Source of the DNA: Lama glama
Taxonomy: Eukaryota
Length of the DNA stretch: 64,000 nt
NCBI GenBank assembly: GCA_028534125.1
Contig: CM052832.1
Span: 12,030,001 to 12,094,000, forward strand
Direction: 5' to 3'
This document shows positions 24,860 to 37,680 of the stretch, one piece after another. Made by a program: the position numbers and the translations under genes. The notes beneath the pieces were generated by a model. That model saw nothing but the letters and a program-made list of their open reading frames with translations. It searched no databases and was not told where the DNA came from. Every line of letters begins with the position of its first letter. Within the stretch, counting starts at the first letter, position 1.

Positions 24860-25250
24860 GGGATTCAGATACACTTAGTATACTTACAAAATACTGTGGA
24901 AGAAGAACATGGGAGAAAATGCTTATTTGGGGGGAATTCGGAGAATATTTTACTAAGAAGATAATGTGTATCTAGGTCTTCAAGGATGAGTAGGAATTTT
25001 CCAGGTGGGAAGGTTGTTTTGGGCAGAGGGAGCAGTATACATGAAAACTTATGGCCTCATGAAGAACATAGCATTTTTAGGCAACGTGGCTGGGCTGTGT
25101 GGTATGCACATTTGTTTGGTGGTGCTGGTGCTTGCAGACAGTGCCACCAGTAGGATTTGTACAATAAGCTCTTGAGACACAGAAGCCAAGCCCACATGAT
25201 TCTTTCTGAAAAGAATCTGAATGCTGTGTACTAGCACATTACCAGCTGGT
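24860..25250 (-). mobile_element. Degraded L2 fragment
   Basis: 'ctaggtcttcaaggatgagtaggaattttccagg...gggcagagggagcagtatacatgaaa'. Confidence 0.6.
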
Positions 25251-26118
25251 TTAGGCACTTGGTAAATATTTTTTTTTGAAGAAACATGAGGCTAAGAGTA
25301 GCTGGCTGTTTGATCAGGGGAGGAAAATGTGAGTATTCCTATAAGAGCCATATTCATTCATCATCCATCAGGCATTCATTCAACAAATATGTACTGAGGC
25401 TGCTGAACTCAGAGCAACCAGGGAGATATAAAGATGTTTCTGCCTGTTTATACAATGCGTCTTCTCCAAATTCAGGGTTTTATTAGATTTTTCTTTTGAG
25501 AAGTGTTAATTCTGTGCCATTTTATTATGTTTTATGCATGCTTGCTACTAAAGCACTGTGTAGTTATTGCTTTCTCTGAAAGGTTCAGAACCATTTTAAC
25601 CACTCCACTGCTTTATTTCAGGAGTTCTCGCTCTGCATTTGGAAGAGAGTGCAAGTGCTCAAATGGCTGGCATTTTTCTATGTATTGTGCCTTTCCAGCC
25701 AGTATTTATAAGGTCAAGAAGGAGGAGCATGCAGTGTTATAGATGTGAAAGCTGATTTGTACTGAACCTTTTAGGCCTAACATACCTTAGCTGCCATTCT
25801 TTACTTAGAGTTGATGCAAAGAGAATGTAGTTTAACTGTAGGGAAGAAAAATGGAGTAATCCTGAAAGCAGAATAGAACTTTGTTTTTAAAGATTACACT
25901 CCTGGTAATACGTCCTTTTGCTCATGTGTGGAAGAACATTCAAACCCATTCTTAAGGGTTATTTTAAATTCATTCATTCTTCCCTTCCTTCCACCCATTG
26001 CCCTGTTCCCTTCTTTGCTTCATCACATATTTGAGTAACTTCCTTGGGTCAGCACTCTGCTGGGTGTTGGGGCTGTAACAGTAAATATCATGCCCCCTGT
26101 CCTCAAGGAGAGTTATTA

Positions 26119-26235
26119 ACAGCAGTTCTCCTCAGCCCTGGCTGTGCACTAGCTGTACATGTAAGCCTTAAAAAAGTATAGATACCGGGGTCTCTGCCCT
26201 GGAGATTCTGATCCCGTTGTTCTGGGGGTGGATAG
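26119..26235. mobile_element. MER5-family hAT fragment
   Basis: 'cagcagttctc...ccctggctgtgcactag...ccctggagattctgat...ttgttctgggggtgg'. Confidence 0.68.
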
Positions 26236-27361
26236 GTAGGACTGCTGGTAGGTCAATAGGCAGTTACAGTTCTCTCCAGTGAGGCCATCGGATGGTCAGT
26301 ATCGGGGAGTATCACCTGGTCTCATCTTGAAAGATCAGGCTTGGTGGAGGGGTGAGGACGGTGTGGGTACAAGTGGAAGGTGAAAGCCTGTCTTAGTTTT
26401 CTGGGAATAACATGTATGGACTGCAAGAAGAGAAAGCATGGGAAATTGGTAGCTTATTGTGGTCAGAGAATAGAAGACAAGGCAAGGAGTAGTGAGAAAT
26501 GAGAGTGGAGAAGCAAGCAAGGTCCACATCCTTCAGGGCTTTGTCAGCCAGGTTAAGAAATCTGAATTTTATCCTGAAGACAGTTGGAACCATTGATGGG
26601 TTTTAAATAGTGGAGTGATATAAGATTTTTTTTCTTTTTATGTAATCAGTCCTGCTGCTCTATGGAGAATGGCTTTGAGGAGATAAGAATAGAATTTAAA
26701 GATTTTTACAGAAGTCTAGGGAAGAAGTGCCAGTGGCTTGAATCAAGATAGTGGCAGTGGAGATTCAGAGAAGTGGACAATTTAAAGTAATATTCATTTG
26801 TTAGACTATATTGACCTTGGTTAAAAGTAGATGTGTTGGCATGGGGTTGTGGGATGAGAGACATCAATGTGTCAAAGACTAGGTTCTTGGCTTGGGCTCA
26901 GTGGATGGATGAAGGAGGGTACCATTCACCAAGACGGTTTAAACATACTGAGTTGAGGGACCAGTTGGCCACCCAAGTAGAGATGTCAACTGGGCATTTA
27001 AGCATAGGGTATGAAGCATGGGAGTTGGATCTGGGCTAAAGATTTGGGAGACATTTGCACATATATAGTAACTGTAACTGTATGGGTGCATGAGGTGATT
27101 CAGTGTGTGTAGAGAAGGGAGAAGGTCTGGGTTGGAAACCTACGGACACCAACGTTATTGAAAAGGAGTGGTAAAAGGAGGAACATCAGGAGGGTGAATT
27201 GTCATATAAGGCAAGAGAATTTTTTTTAAGAAGGAAGGAGTGATCAGCAGGGTAAAATGTCATAAAGAGGTCTGTAAGAAATACTTACTTGCTTTAATAA
27301 CAAGAAAGAGCAGTTTCAAGGCATGGAGAGAAGTGGGTTGAAGGGTGTGAGATAAAATAAT

Positions 27362-27442
27362 CCTGAGTAATATCAAATCATCATGTTGTACACCTTAAAC
27401 TAATACAGTGTTATATGTCAGTTTTATACCAATAAGCTGGAA
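27362..27442 (+). mobile_element. Short L1 3' tip inserted in L2
   Basis: 'aatcatcatgttgtacaccttaaactaatacagtgttatatgtcagttttataccaataagctggaaaaa'. Candidate TSD aaaataat at 27354-27361 and 27443-27450. Confidence 0.85.
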
Positions 27443-27589
27443 AAAATAATTATAAGTTGACACTTGTTTCAGAAAGTTTGAGGCAAGAGAGATAGGATGG
27501 ACGGGTGGTAACTGGAGGCAGAGGGGTTGAAGAAGAATTGTTGAGATAAAAGAAATGTGATTATTCTGATTCCCTCCTAGAGTGACCAC

Positions 27590-28870
27590 TCATTAAAGGC
27601 CCTCTGTGAGCCAGACTCTGTGCTCTATGCTGAGAGTAGATCTTCATTCTTGTGGAACAGCTACTTAATAATTAAATAACAAACAAATAATAATTAGAAG
27701 CACTATGAAGAAAATAAGCAGAATGCTGTGGCTGAGAACAGCAGAGGGATCTACTTACAACAGTGTAGTCTGGAAAGGCCTCTTTGAGGAGGCATCATTT
27801 TAAAACTGAGATCGGAAGGATGAGAAGGAGACAGAGATTAAAGAGCCTAGGAAAGGGTATTTCATGCAGAGAGTGCACCTGATGCATAGGCCCTGGGATG
27901 GAAGGGGCGTGGTGTGTTCCAGAAACCAGCAGGAACAGAGGGTTTTTGCGGCCACAGTGAAGTGAGCTGGGGAGAGTAGTGTGAGTTGGGTCATGTGTTC
28001 ATGGCATTAGTTTGTGTTTCATTCAAGAACAGTGGGACACCGTTGGAAGACTTTAAGCAGGATCACACAATCTGATTTAAGTTCTAAAAAGTCACAGTGG
28101 TGGTTTTGTGGAGAATGGGTTACAAATGGAGGTAGGACAAGAACAGAAGCAGGGAGATCTGTTATGGTTACTTGGATTAGGGGAGGTAGGGAGAAGAGGA
28201 CGGCTAATGAAATATGTTGTGAAGATACAATCAGCGTGGTTTGGCTGATAATATCTGAAGGGTCAAGGGACAGAAGAGACAGCACTTCAGTGTCAGGTTA
28301 GTGTCTGCATAAATGGTGACATCGTATACTGAAGTGGGAAGAACTGAGAGGGCCCCAGATATTCAGTGCCAGTTGGGGCTGGAGGACATGCAGAATTAAA
28401 AGTTCCCATTTTATACATGCTTAAATTCAATTGCATAAGAGAGATTTTTAACTCAGCAATTGAATGTAGGTAAGTGGAGGTTAGAGGAAAGGTTTGGTCT
28501 ATAGATAGACATTTTAGAGTTGTTGGTATACAGATGTGTTTCAAGCCATGAGAATGGACAAAATCACCTGTGAAGAGGATGTAGGACTGAGCCCAGATGA
28601 ACTCCAACACTTAGAAGTCAGAAGGAAGAGACAGAGCTTGCGAAGAAAATTGAGAAGGCAGCTAATGAAGTGGGAAACTCAGGAGAAGGTGGTATCATGG
28701 AAGCTGGGAAGGGTGTTTCAGTAATGAAGGGAGTAAGGAACTCCGCTAGATGGCTCTAATAGGGTCAGAAGAGTGGCTGTGGACTTGGCATCATCTAGAT
28801 TAATGGTTACCACTGCAAAAGCATGTTTAGTGTTGTGGTAGGGACGGAAGATGAGTGAAAGCAAGTACAG
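27590..28870 (-). mobile_element. L2 fragment
   Basis: 'tctggaaaggcctctttgaggagg', 'ttggaagactttaagcagg', 'gtatcatggaagctggg', 'ggacttggcatcat'. Confidence 0.8.
28743..28756 (+). promoter_or_regulatory. Candidate CTCF core motif inside L2
   Basis: CCGCTAGATGGCTC compared with consensus CCASYAGRKGGCRS; motif match only. Confidence 0.3.
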
Positions 28871-28909
28871 TAGAGCTGTACTGGTTGTGCTGGATCTATT
28901 GGAATCGAT

Positions 28910-29242
28910 CTAAATCTTTCTTTTAAGGGCTGTGTGAAGGTCTGTGGTATAGTTCTATCGTAATTTATTCAGCCTTTAACTATCGATGAGCATTTGCTTT
29001 GTTTTCATTTTTGCCTTTGAAAACAAAGCTATAGTGAACATTCCACCCCTCCTGCCTGCACCCCACGTATGTATGTGTATCCATCCTAACACACTGGTAT
29101 ATTTGTATAGGAGAGATTTTAGGAATGGGCTTATTGGGTTGAAGGATTTATGTAGTTTATGTAATTTTAGCTGGTATTGCTAATTACTTTCCCAGAAGAC
29201 TGTAAAAATTCACAATTTTCACCAGCAATTTATGAGAGATTG
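28910..29242 (-). mobile_element. Old L1M fragment
   Basis: 'aaacaaagctatagtgaacatt', 'aggaatgggcttattgggttgaagg', 'caccagcaatttatgagag'. Confidence 0.72.
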
Positions 29243-30665
29243 GTGATTCAGGGAAAGGGAGTCTAACTGAAGAGACAAAGTCCTTGACTAGGTGAGAGGA
29301 GATAGGGCCTAAAGGACAAGTGAAGGAACTGGGCTTTGATAAGGAAAAGTACACTGTCTCCGCTGTAATGGGAAGGAAGGAGAAGACGATTTTAGATGCC
29401 CATAGCTTTGTAGTTTTGATGATAGTAAGATGACATTCTACAGTCTCAGTGAAATAAGATATGAAATTATCAGTTGAAAAGGAGGAACTTGGAAAGCTCA
29501 ACATATGAAATTGATCCTAGAAAGTAAAAAATGGTGTATAGCACGATTGCTAGGCTATGTTGAATTTAAAATGTAGGTGGATTATTTGGTTTCTCTAGCT
29601 ATATACTGTTACTTCAGTTTGAATTCAGAAAGTGGATACCTGGGGTCACTGGGGTTGGAGTTTGCCAAGCTAATATGATGGAGAAAAAGAGAGTGACAAG
29701 GGAAGTAAGGGTACTCTGCAAGGAAATGATTATTATAGACCATAAAATATAAGCTGAACTGGGGGGACAGAAGGGAGTTGTGGGATTGTGACAGGGTCAG
29801 TGGATTAGAAGATTCAATGAGGGGGAAGAATTTTCAGCAATGGAGATACTAGAACAAATGAACAGGAAAGGTGGGGAAGGGGTGTTGGATTTTGGGGTGT
29901 TTGGATTTGGAATTGTGGCATGGGTAATGATTTCTATTGACCAAGTCAACGAGTTGCCCATGGATTTGGGTCTCTGAGATATAGTGGAAGGAGGGTGCCT
30001 GAAAGAGGTTATCAGGGACCTGAGAGGCCAAGATACTGTTTGCATAGCGTACATCTTGTTCACATATGATGACAGGAGTGAGGGTGGATGGGAAGTGGGC
30101 CAAGAGTGCAGGTTTTCAGTCGAGTGAAAAGAGAGTGAAGTTGGTAGATAATGGTGACAGCAGGGAGGGGTGGGGCTTTGAGCTATGGGAGGACATAGAG
30201 AATCAGAGACATGGGCAGAATGGAAGAGGCCCTGAGGAGCAGTAATGGGGAACGAGTATTGTTCCCTCCTCTGCTTCCTGGCCCTGGGGTTTATGGGTCA
30301 TTGAGAGAGAAGAAAGCCACTTCTTGAGAGGGCTGCTAGGGGAGCATGTTTAAATGCGAGTGATAAGCAATCAGCAGTGAGGGAGGATTGGAAAGGGAAA
30401 GGCTGGCCAGCAGAGGTTCCTGACCAGGGAGAAGAGAAGGGACGCAGAGTCTTAGCCGAGAAACCAGCCTCGGCCTCCTCGGAGAGGAGAGGAGGGTGAG
30501 CAGCAGGCCCAGCTGTGGGCTGGGCAGCCGAAGGCTGGGGCTTCTCTTCTCTGCAGAAGGTGGCAGAACCGCTGCCGAGCAGATGTGAGAGGACTGGCAG
30601 CTGCGGAGGGTGGAAGTGACACAATCCAAGATGCTGAGGGTTCAGCTGAGATTGGAGATGATGAG
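29243..30665 (-). mobile_element. L2 internal (ORF-region) fragments
   Basis: 'gagatagggcctaaaggacaagtgaaggaactgggctttgataagg', 'cagggacctgagagg', 'agccacttcttgagagggctgc', 'ggcttctcttctctg'. Confidence 0.68.
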
Positions 30666-30739
30666 TTAGGCATAAACCTCTCCGCCCCTCCCTTCTCATT
30701 ATATATGTAATATCTATTTTCCCTTATTTCCACCAGACT

Positions 30740-30950
30740 GAATTAATTACTTTCTCATCTACATTTTCATGGTATTTAACACCTACTTTTATATCTCTCA
30801 TCACACTGTGTTACAGTGATTTACCTGTTTTCCCTTTTAGGGCTTGAGTTCCTAGACAGTAGGTTATGTCTCATTTATCTCCTCTTCATGATCACCTGGA
30901 ATAAAGACTGGACCATAGCAAGCACTCAGTTAATGTTCATTGAATTGAGT
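30740..30950 (+). mobile_element. L2 3' end
   Basis: 'ttgagttcctagacagtagg...tgtctcatttatctc...catagcaagcactcagttaatgttcattgaattga'. Confidence 0.75.
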
Positions 30951-31594
30951 CAAATTATGCAAGTATGATTATTTTATTTTCTAAAAGTTCTTTTCTTTCA
31001 CTGATATGACACCATGTATTCTAAACAGCTTACTGGCTTCTGTGGGCATAGTATGCTCATTAAGGGTAAGCCATCCTGCTTCCATCCCATGCAAGAGCAA
31101 GACTTGTACAGAAGGTTAAGATATCCCGTGCATCTCTACAGATTTGGCATGAGTTTATTTGCCTTCAGAGTTTCTGTGAGCAGAACCTTTGTTTGTTTAC
31201 TTTGCTGTTGACCTTACCACTCGGCCATAAGGACAGTCTTGGAGAATATAGTGAATTCTTCTTAGTAAGTGGTACTGTGCTAGCATTCTTTCCCTCCAGA
31301 GTGAATGGTACTGTGCTACAAGATTTGAAAGCTGTGGGAGGCTCGACATGGAGGAGAGAGCTTTTCTTACAAAAAGAACTCAATGAGCAAAATTTAAAAG
31401 TCTCCTTGCATTCAAAATGCTGGAAATATTGTACTGACTTGAAGACCATACAACCATGGAAAAATATTAATTTGCCCATTAACATGCTCATATTTTGTGG
31501 GTTGGAAAATGAAGGTACATTAAGTATTATTCATATTCCATATCAGTAGCCACAACTTTGGAAGGAGGCTTCCATAGTTTCCCTCTAAGGTAGA

Positions 31595-31730
31595 ATTGTA
31601 GAATCTCATGTTAGAAGGGACTGTGGAGAGCAGCTGGTCCAGCCATCCAACACATTTGAATCCCTCTTTGAACATCCATACCCGGTAAGTGTCCAGCCTC
31701 TGATTGTACACCTTTGGGGATCAGTAGTTT
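31595..31730 (-). mobile_element. L3/CR1 (or MIR3) fragment
   Basis: 'agaatctcatgttagaagggactgtggagagcagctggtccagcc...gtccagcctctgattgtacacc'. Confidence 0.55.
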
Positions 31731-31785
31731 TCCTGAAGATAGAAACCAGGTTCTGCATGGACATCAGGAATTGCTGTCTCTATGA

Positions 31786-32193
31786 CAATAGTTCTCAAAC
31801 TTCTGTTTCTAGGAGTCCTTTATACTCTTAAAAATTATTAAGGACCTCAAAGAGCTTTTGCTTATACAGGTATATCTATCAATGTTTGTTTTAAAATGTA
31901 ATGATAAATTAAATATCAATATAAATAACATTTTAAATGGAAAATAACTATATTTTCCAAAAACAAAATAAATCTAGTGAGCAAAGAGGCCTTGAAAAAT
32001 CTCCTTAATATCTGGTAATGAATAGAAGACAGCTGGGATTCTCATATCTACTTCTTCATTCAGTCTGTTGTGATATCACAGGCTGTGCAGCCTCTGTACA
32101 TACATGGGAGGTAAGTAACTTCTTAGAATTAACAAGCTCTGACCTCACGGACCTCCTGAAAGGGTCTCAGGGACCATACTTTGAGAAGTGCTG
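31786..32193. mobile_element. hAT-Charlie element (Charlie4/MER80-like)
   Basis: TIR-like ends 'caatagttctcaaa' and 'tttgagaagtgctg'; body 'tactcttaaaaattattaaggacctcaaagagcttttg', 'aatagaagacagctgggattctc'. Confidence 0.8.
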
Positions 32194-35100
32194 CGCTCTT
32201 GTACACCGTGAGATAAGATGAATCAATGAAGTAAACTGTTAGGGACTGGAATAAAATAAAAAAAAAATCAAAAAGGGCTAAGAAAAATGTCAACAGCAGC
32301 AAATACTGAGTGCCTACCATGTGCCTGAATGTAAAACACTGAAAATACTAACACATACCAATTTTCCCTATATTCTTCAGTCTTAAAATGCTCTTCGATT
32401 TCAAAAAGTATTTTAGGATTGTGAATTAGTTCTTTTACTTATAGCATCCATTCACTGAGAAAATGACAAAAAGCCACGGTGAATTTAGTTAGGGTTTTTA
32501 AGAAATTTCTGTTTTCATCATCACGGCATTATCTGTGGACATTAGAAAAGAAATACTGTGCCTGTGTTTTCATACATTATGCAGTTGATCTGCAGGTCCA
32601 TAGGGATTTGCAAAACCCTTGCACATAACTCAGTGCCTGGCCTGTGTAGCTGCCCCCGCCACATATGCTCCATGGGCTGGAGACCACGTTCTGTGTGCGA
32701 TTTTTCCCCCCTCACAAGTCATTCATCACTTCTTGTCACCAGTCTTAAAGGTGTTGCGTGATAGAGTTGTTTTGAAGCCATCAAGATTTTTGGTGCCTTC
32801 AATTAAGGTGGCTGGGTGTCATAAAGAAAAGCCTAAGACAGATAGATACCTGTGCTTCTGGGCCTTCTGGTTCTCTTCACCTGCACTTGTCTTGCCAAAA
32901 GCAGTGGACGGGCACTTGCAGATTGAGCCCGTCTCCCCTGCCCTGTGAGATGCTGCTGAGAGCTAATGGAAGAGGATTGTGTTGAGAGAGTTAATACTGA
33001 GTTAGAGAAAAAGTGGAAGTGTGGTAATAGTGCAAGGGGAGGAGTGAGAAATTAAATGGTATCTTTTTAGAAGTCTGCCTTATTGCAGGCTGCATTGCTC
33101 CTTGGGGATTTTTCTACTGAGCATGAGAAAATCAGCAAGCACTTCCTGAAAAACCCAGATGAAATTACTGCCATAAATTTTTTTTTCATGGTATAAAACC
33201 CTTAATTTAGTTGGGGAGGGTTTATTACCAGTGTTTTCTTGGCATGGCTAAGTTCAATTAATTTTAGATGACAAGCTCACCCCCCCCTTGCCTTTTTTCT
33301 TTTTTCTCCCCTCCCCAATGTGTGGAAAGTACAATTTGTTATTGGTTTGCCTGTGGCTCTGGAGACCTCATTAAAGGCCCAAGAAAGGGATTCTATCTCT
33401 CTTTCTTTGACACCTTTCTGTTTTCTGTAGGCTTCAGACCATTTGCATTGTCACATGGAAAGTAGGTATGGTATGTGTGTGAGGGGGAGGTTAGCAGATA
33501 AAACTGGTGGTGTTTATACCTTTTAAATATTTATTTGAAATGACTATTGCAAGTCAAGAAATTGTTACCACAGTGTTCAACTAAGATAGGGACTTCAGCA
33601 TAAGAGGAGGTCCCCAAAAAGAATGTGGGCACATTTAGACAGGAAAACTTATTTAGCTGTTCTGACAGTTCATACGTAACATACCTGGTTGTTTGAAAGC
33701 AGGAACAAGATGTCAGCAGAGTACTGTATTTACTCACACTCCTAAGACAAAGCGTGCTACACCTTCAGGTTCTTGTTCCTGTCAGAGTACTGTGAGCATA
33801 TCCTGCAAACAAGGGAAATAATCTATGGTGTTTTGTTTTGTTTTTCTCTGCATGGTGATATAGAATCTATTGTACTGCGAATAAAAGGACTCGCAGGAGA
33901 TTCATTACTGTTTGTGAGAAGTACTGTCTGTGTCTTCCAGCATGTGATTATTTTACTTACAAAGTAGATATAAAAATTAGGATTGAGGTGATAGAGAATA
34001 TATATTGCATAAATAAGCAATTGAAACAAAAGTTTTACCATTATAACAAATAAATACCCTGCTTCAGAGGTTGAAGATTAGAATCCTGTTACATTAAATG
34101 CTTGACAATTAATTAGCTATTGTCTGTAAAGGTCCCAAGATGACAAGTTACTTAAATACTATTATTAGGAGTAGCTGGGTTAGTAATAATAATGTTCAAG
34201 TGCCATTGGCAACAATGAGGAGATTTTAAAAATAAAGATAAATGTGCATGATCACAGTCAAAGTGATTTGTGTGCTGAGCGCAGAGCAGGCAGTCCCTGG
34301 GCGCAGTGTTTCCTGAGACCGCAGCGTGGAGCGTGCAGAACTTGGCACAGTGCTCTGAGGAGGATGAGACAGAAGTGCTTTAATTCTTTAATATTTTCTC
34401 TCTGCTTTTTGTGTATTGTTTAACCCCTTGTCAAAATAGTGTTCACTTAGCAAAATTAAAGAGAAAATAAGAAAGCTGACAGAAAATAAGCTCGGCAGAG
34501 GGCCGAGTGTAAGAGATGAATCTCTAGCCATTGCTGACAGGCATTGTTTAGATTCCAAACATGCTAGATTGTTCATTAGCGCGTGTGTGTTTTTAAAAAT
34601 GTGGAACATAGTTGGTATGGAGGAAAATGTGTGGGGGCTTAACTTGACTGTACAGGTTTTTGTTCTGTGGAATTTGTGTCCTTAGGGTCCCATCCGTTTT
34701 GGATTTGGTTTTGTGAGAAAATCAACATGAAGCCAAGAACTGGCCCAGTATAGTGATGGGAGAAAATTACTAAAGGAGACAATAGATAGGAATCCTTATT
34801 ATGGACCGAGAGTAAAGCTTGCAAGAGGAATGATGTGGGGCTTCTTGATTTTTAGGATCAAAGATGTAGAAAATCGGATGCTGTGCAGAAGCTGCGGTGC
34901 TCATCAGCTGTGTTCCGTGTCCCCTCACATGACCCAGTGTCTGCTGCTGCAACTAGCTCAGGCCACGGGCTGTGAGCAGAAGGGTGTATGGCCCTTCCTG
35001 GCTGCCACACCCCTTCTAACCTTTGTGGTTGCTTCCTGTGCTGTACTTTTTTGGGGGGGTCGGTTGCTAGATAATAGAACCAAATAGAGCCATACACATT

Positions 35101-37549
35101 TTGAAATATAAGTGACTCTAAATAATGACAGAAATTCAGCTTACGTTCCCCAGACCTATTTAACACAATCTGCTATTTAGAAGTATGTGTAGCATTCTCT
35201 TCTCCATGAATATGGACTGTGGATGACAGACTACTTTTGGTATTGTGACTGGTCCTTAATACCTCATGTGAGTTCCGCAAAAACCTCCTTGTGGAAAAAA
35301 CTGGGATAGGCTGAATTTGGTTTTGGATGTTATAGGTGCCCGAGGCAGCCAAATTCATACAGTAAACCACTCTTATAAATGACCAGATTTCTGTCTTTCA
35401 TACTATGTTGGGAGTCACTCCAATGTTGATCTTACTGAAGATTTATAGTAATATGAAAGTAACTTCTTATCAGTGTTCCTGTAGAGCCAACAAAATTTCA
35501 AAAAAGCACTGTTAAGACTAAGGGACACCTCAGCCTCAAATCCATTTGTTTGCAGCATACCTGACACAGGTTATCCTCGTTGACTGACTGCCTCTTTCTA
35601 TAAACCTGGCTATTGCCTCTCGCTTGGTTGCTTACAGTTTGGCTCTAACCAAACTTGTTTAATTAAGACTTGACAAAATACCTTCCACCCTGCCAAGGAC
35701 TTGAGAGAAGAGCCAGGTCTGAAGCCTTTGCTTGCTCTAGTGGTTTGTTTAGTGGTTGCTCAGCTAGTTGGTTGGAGTTTTATAACAACAAGGTTTGGAG
35801 ATCTTCTAGCAGGTGATTGTTTTCATTGTAACAGATCTGGGTGTGAGGAGTAGTCATTGTGATAGTAGTTCTTTCTTACTAAATATGTTATTCTTTTCCT
35901 CTCCCATGCTTTCTCCTTCCCTTCCCCTCCATCCCTCTCTCTCCCTCTTTCTTTCTATGTAATGAACTGGGAAACTTGAAGAAGGGAATCCCACGCTGCT
36001 GCCATGTGAGGTTCAGGAATCCTGACCATTTTGAAGAGCAAGCCAGTCTAACACTGTCCTTAGGAAATACCTTACTGAATGTCGTCTCTTCTGTGATGGG
36101 TGAAATGATAAAACAGGGAATGCAGTTTGAAAACCCCATAATTTGGGGCCTACATTAGAGACTATAAATCACAAATCAATGCAAAGTTCAGATAATACTT
36201 TATCCAGAAATTGTATATGACAGCAATGGGAGGTGGGAAAAGTTCCCTCCATGTGTCCATTTTGAGAAATACAGTGTTTTTATTTGGTACAGTTGCATAT
36301 TCATTTCTAACAGACTGCATCTTAAAAGGATTGGACTTTTATAGATTCTATGAATATTCAGAGAGTCACCAAAACCAATTCTGTCCTTTACCTTATGCAT
36401 CTAGACCCATCTGTCATTTGCTTGCTAGATAGTCCTAGCTCTGTGTTGTTGAGATATCCCATGTTGATCGGAGGGACCTTTGCTGTCCTGGTTGAAAGTT
36501 TCCGCCCTCAGGTTGGATCTTAGAGTGTGTCTGTGTTGCTAGGCCCTGCCCACTTTGGGGACTGGCATCAACTGTCCTAAGCTTTCAGGTCATTGTTTAG
36601 GACACTGATGCAGAAGGGGAAGGCATAATGGCTGTTGCCACTAGTAAGTCATCCGGGTGCTTGGCAAGCTGGCAAAAGCTCGGCGCCTTATCCATTTGCA
36701 TTTTAATTGCCGTGACCATTAGCCTAAAGCCCGAATTTTAAGTTGTCCCTTGAGCCCTTTCTCCCATTTACCCTCTCATTTTCTGAAGCTGATTTGCATC
36801 TTTAAAAAAATGTTTCTCAACATTTTAAAGCTCATGCATGCCCTTTTTGATGTACTCAGAAATCTTACATTGCCATTAATGTTATTTAAAATATCCATTA
36901 AAAAGTAAGAATTGTAACAGAAGAATCAAGGCCATGGCAGTCTTAGAAGAATGTTTTTTGTTTTTGTTTTTTTTTTTTACTTTAGTCACATGAGATCAGT
37001 GTGAAAGTGGGGTCTGTTTGCTTGCCACAAGCATTTTTCCTGTTCTTGCTAGTGACAGAATACAGCATAGGTCACTTTCACATCAAGCCTGTTCAACTGC
37101 TTTGTTTTCATGATCACAAAGGGCTGGGAGCCTACTTTGCAAATATTGTCTATTTTATTATGACTCTGAAAACGCAAGTTCAGACCACACATGCGCTCAT
37201 CTTCTCCGGAAAAGATTTAGTATCACTCCCATGCCATCTCCCACCACCTCACTGCTTTAAGTACTTCACTATGAAGAGAGAAACAGATGAAAGTAATTAA
37301 GATGGGATAAGTAAGACATTCTTATTCACGAGCACATCCCTGAGATGGTCTCTCAGCCACCATCCCTGTGGGGCTCTGTTATTCCTCCTCCTCTTTGCTG
37401 TCCTGACCACCTTCAAATCTACCTGCGTGGTCAAATGGGGTTTTATTGATTCGTCCATGTGACTCTGTATCTCCTAACTGTGGTTCTAGTCCTCCTAGAG
37501 AGAACAGGTCTTCTGCATTCTTTCAGAGATGGGAATGGCATTCCTTGAG

Positions 37550-37680
37550 GATCTGCTAGAGTGCAAGGCACTGGGCTGAGTATTCTGCTTGCATCTTATG
37601 CTGACTCCTCACAAGGTTCCCATGAGATGGTAACAATTATCTCCATTTTGTAGATGAAGAAGCTAAGGCACAGAGATATT
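37550..37680 (-). mobile_element. MIR fragment
   Basis: 'attatctccattttgtagatgaagaagctaaggcacagag'. Confidence 0.8.

Larger units (their letters stand above)
25970..27560 (-). mobile_element. L2 fragment with MER5 and L1 insertions
   Basis: 'tgccccctgtcctcaaggag', 'gccaggttaagaaatctgaattttatcctgaagacagttggaaccattgatgggttttaaa', 'gattcagagaagtggaca'. Confidence 0.8.

Noticed and set aside
30298..30733. Overlapping GC-rich ORFs (133, 97 and 93 aa) as a gene or retrocopy
   Set aside because: The sequence resembles L2, and high GC simply lowers the stop-codon frequency.
35890..35957. Polypyrimidine tract as H-DNA or splice acceptor
   Set aside because: Ordinary low-complexity CT tract with no clear mirror symmetry and no adjacent AG-defined exon.
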